From: Malacoraja senta
Lineage: Eukaryota
DNA length: 64,000 bases
Assembly (NCBI GenBank): GCA_038087875.1
Contig: CM075977.1
Location: forward strand, 36,332,001 to 36,396,000
Reading direction: 5' to 3'
This document shows, piece after piece, positions 63,074 to 64,000 of this stretch. The first letter of the stretch is position 1. Every line of letters starts with the position of its first letter. The translations under genes and the position numbers were made by a program. The notes beneath the pieces were generated by a model. It made no database searches and was not told where the DNA came from. It was given only the letters and a program-made list of their open reading frames with translations.

Positions 63074-64000
63074 CTAGACTAAGTGGGACACGTTGGGTCC
63101 CATGTTCACATGGGAGGGCTGGTCCCCCAATGCAATATTCCACCTCTCCACCAATTCCAATATTGGTGGCCAGTGGGGGGGGGGGGGGCTTTCTGGAGCG
63201 CTAGTCTGGGTGTTCTGGGCTGAAGGGACTGGTTTCCAGAGGGATAGTATGGACATTGTGGGCCGAATGGATTCTTGGGCTGGCAGCTCAGTCACTCAGG
63301 CCTGATGGGCTGGCAGCTCAGTCACTGCGGGCTGGTGGGCTGGCAGCTCAGTCACTCAGGCCTGGTGGGCTGGCAGCTCAGTCACTCAGGCCTGGTGGGC
63401 TGGCAGCTCAGTCACTCAGGCCTGTTGAGCTGGCAGCCCAGTCACTCAGGCCTGGTAGGCTGCAGCTCAGTCATTCACGCCTGGAGAGCTGGCAGCTCAG
63501 TCACTCAGGCCTGGTGGGCTGGCAGCTCAGTCACTCAGGCCTGGTGGGCTGGCAGCTCAGTCACTCAGGCCTGGTGGGCAGGCAGCTCAGACACTACCAG
63601 AAATTCTGCCCAAAACAGGTGAGAGACTCTGTGAGAGAGAATGGGGAGAGGGTGGAGAATCAATTTTAGACATTTTTCATCTTTATCTGCAGATCGCAGC
63701 AATGAAGGAGAAAAGTCTATCCTGGCCTGGATCTCACAGGGAGCTAAGGAAGGGAGGGAGAGAAATACTTAGGTGGGGTTTAATACTTGCAAGGGGAATA
63801 CTTCGATGGGCTGAAGGGACTCCTCCTGGGCTATTACAGGCCTGCTGGGCCAAAGGGTCTCTTTAAAAAAAAAATCTGAGTGAAATCTCAGTGAAAGTCA
63901 CTTTGTCTGGACTTTTCCTGGCCTGGCACGGGCCTTTTGGGCCAAAATGCTCCCCCTGGGCTAATATGGGCATTTTGGGCAAAAGGGACTGGTTTCTCGG
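63074..64000 (-). mobile_element. Non-autonomous Helitron 4 (runs off the window)
   Basis: Minus strand ends tgggac-ccaacgt-gtccca-cttagt-CTAG followed by T; shares the subterminal gtggaatattgc.ttgggggaccagccctccc block with Helitrons 2 and 3. Confidence 0.8.
63277..63595. repeat. 30-bp minisatellite, 11 units
   Basis: Unit gggctggcagctcagtcactcaggcctggt repeated in tandem. Confidence 0.97.

Noticed and set aside
63256-63669. Repeat-protein ORFs or a CRISPR-like array
   Set aside because: Contiguous 30-bp units with no spacers; frames stay open only because the unit length is a multiple of 3.

Overview
Eukaryotic, repeat-dense non-coding DNA with several N gaps. The SINE/LINE families suggest a cartilaginous fish (skate/ray), which is an inference. 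No host protein-coding exon could be supported, so this is probably intronic or intergenic sequence. The main structure is a four-level nest of retroelements at ~18.5-25.9 kb. It contains a full-length DIRS1-type tyrosine-recombinase retrotransposon (minus strand; gag, RT/RNase H/adenine-methyltransferase-like pol, YR) whose inverted termini and internal complementary region are essentially intact. The window also holds: (1) three head-to-tail non-autonomous Helitrons (2.4-7.3 kb) and a fourth at the right edge carrying a 30-bp minisatellite; (2) a Penelope-like element with a GIY-YIG endonuclease and a 3' hammerhead-like motif, plus several short TSD-flanked insertions made almost only of that motif and its tail; (3) a PIF/Harbinger-type MITE; (4) many CR1 LINE fragments and tRNA-derived SINEs; (5) a few repeat-free islands that may be regulatory. 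Boundaries of old, degenerate repeats are approximate.
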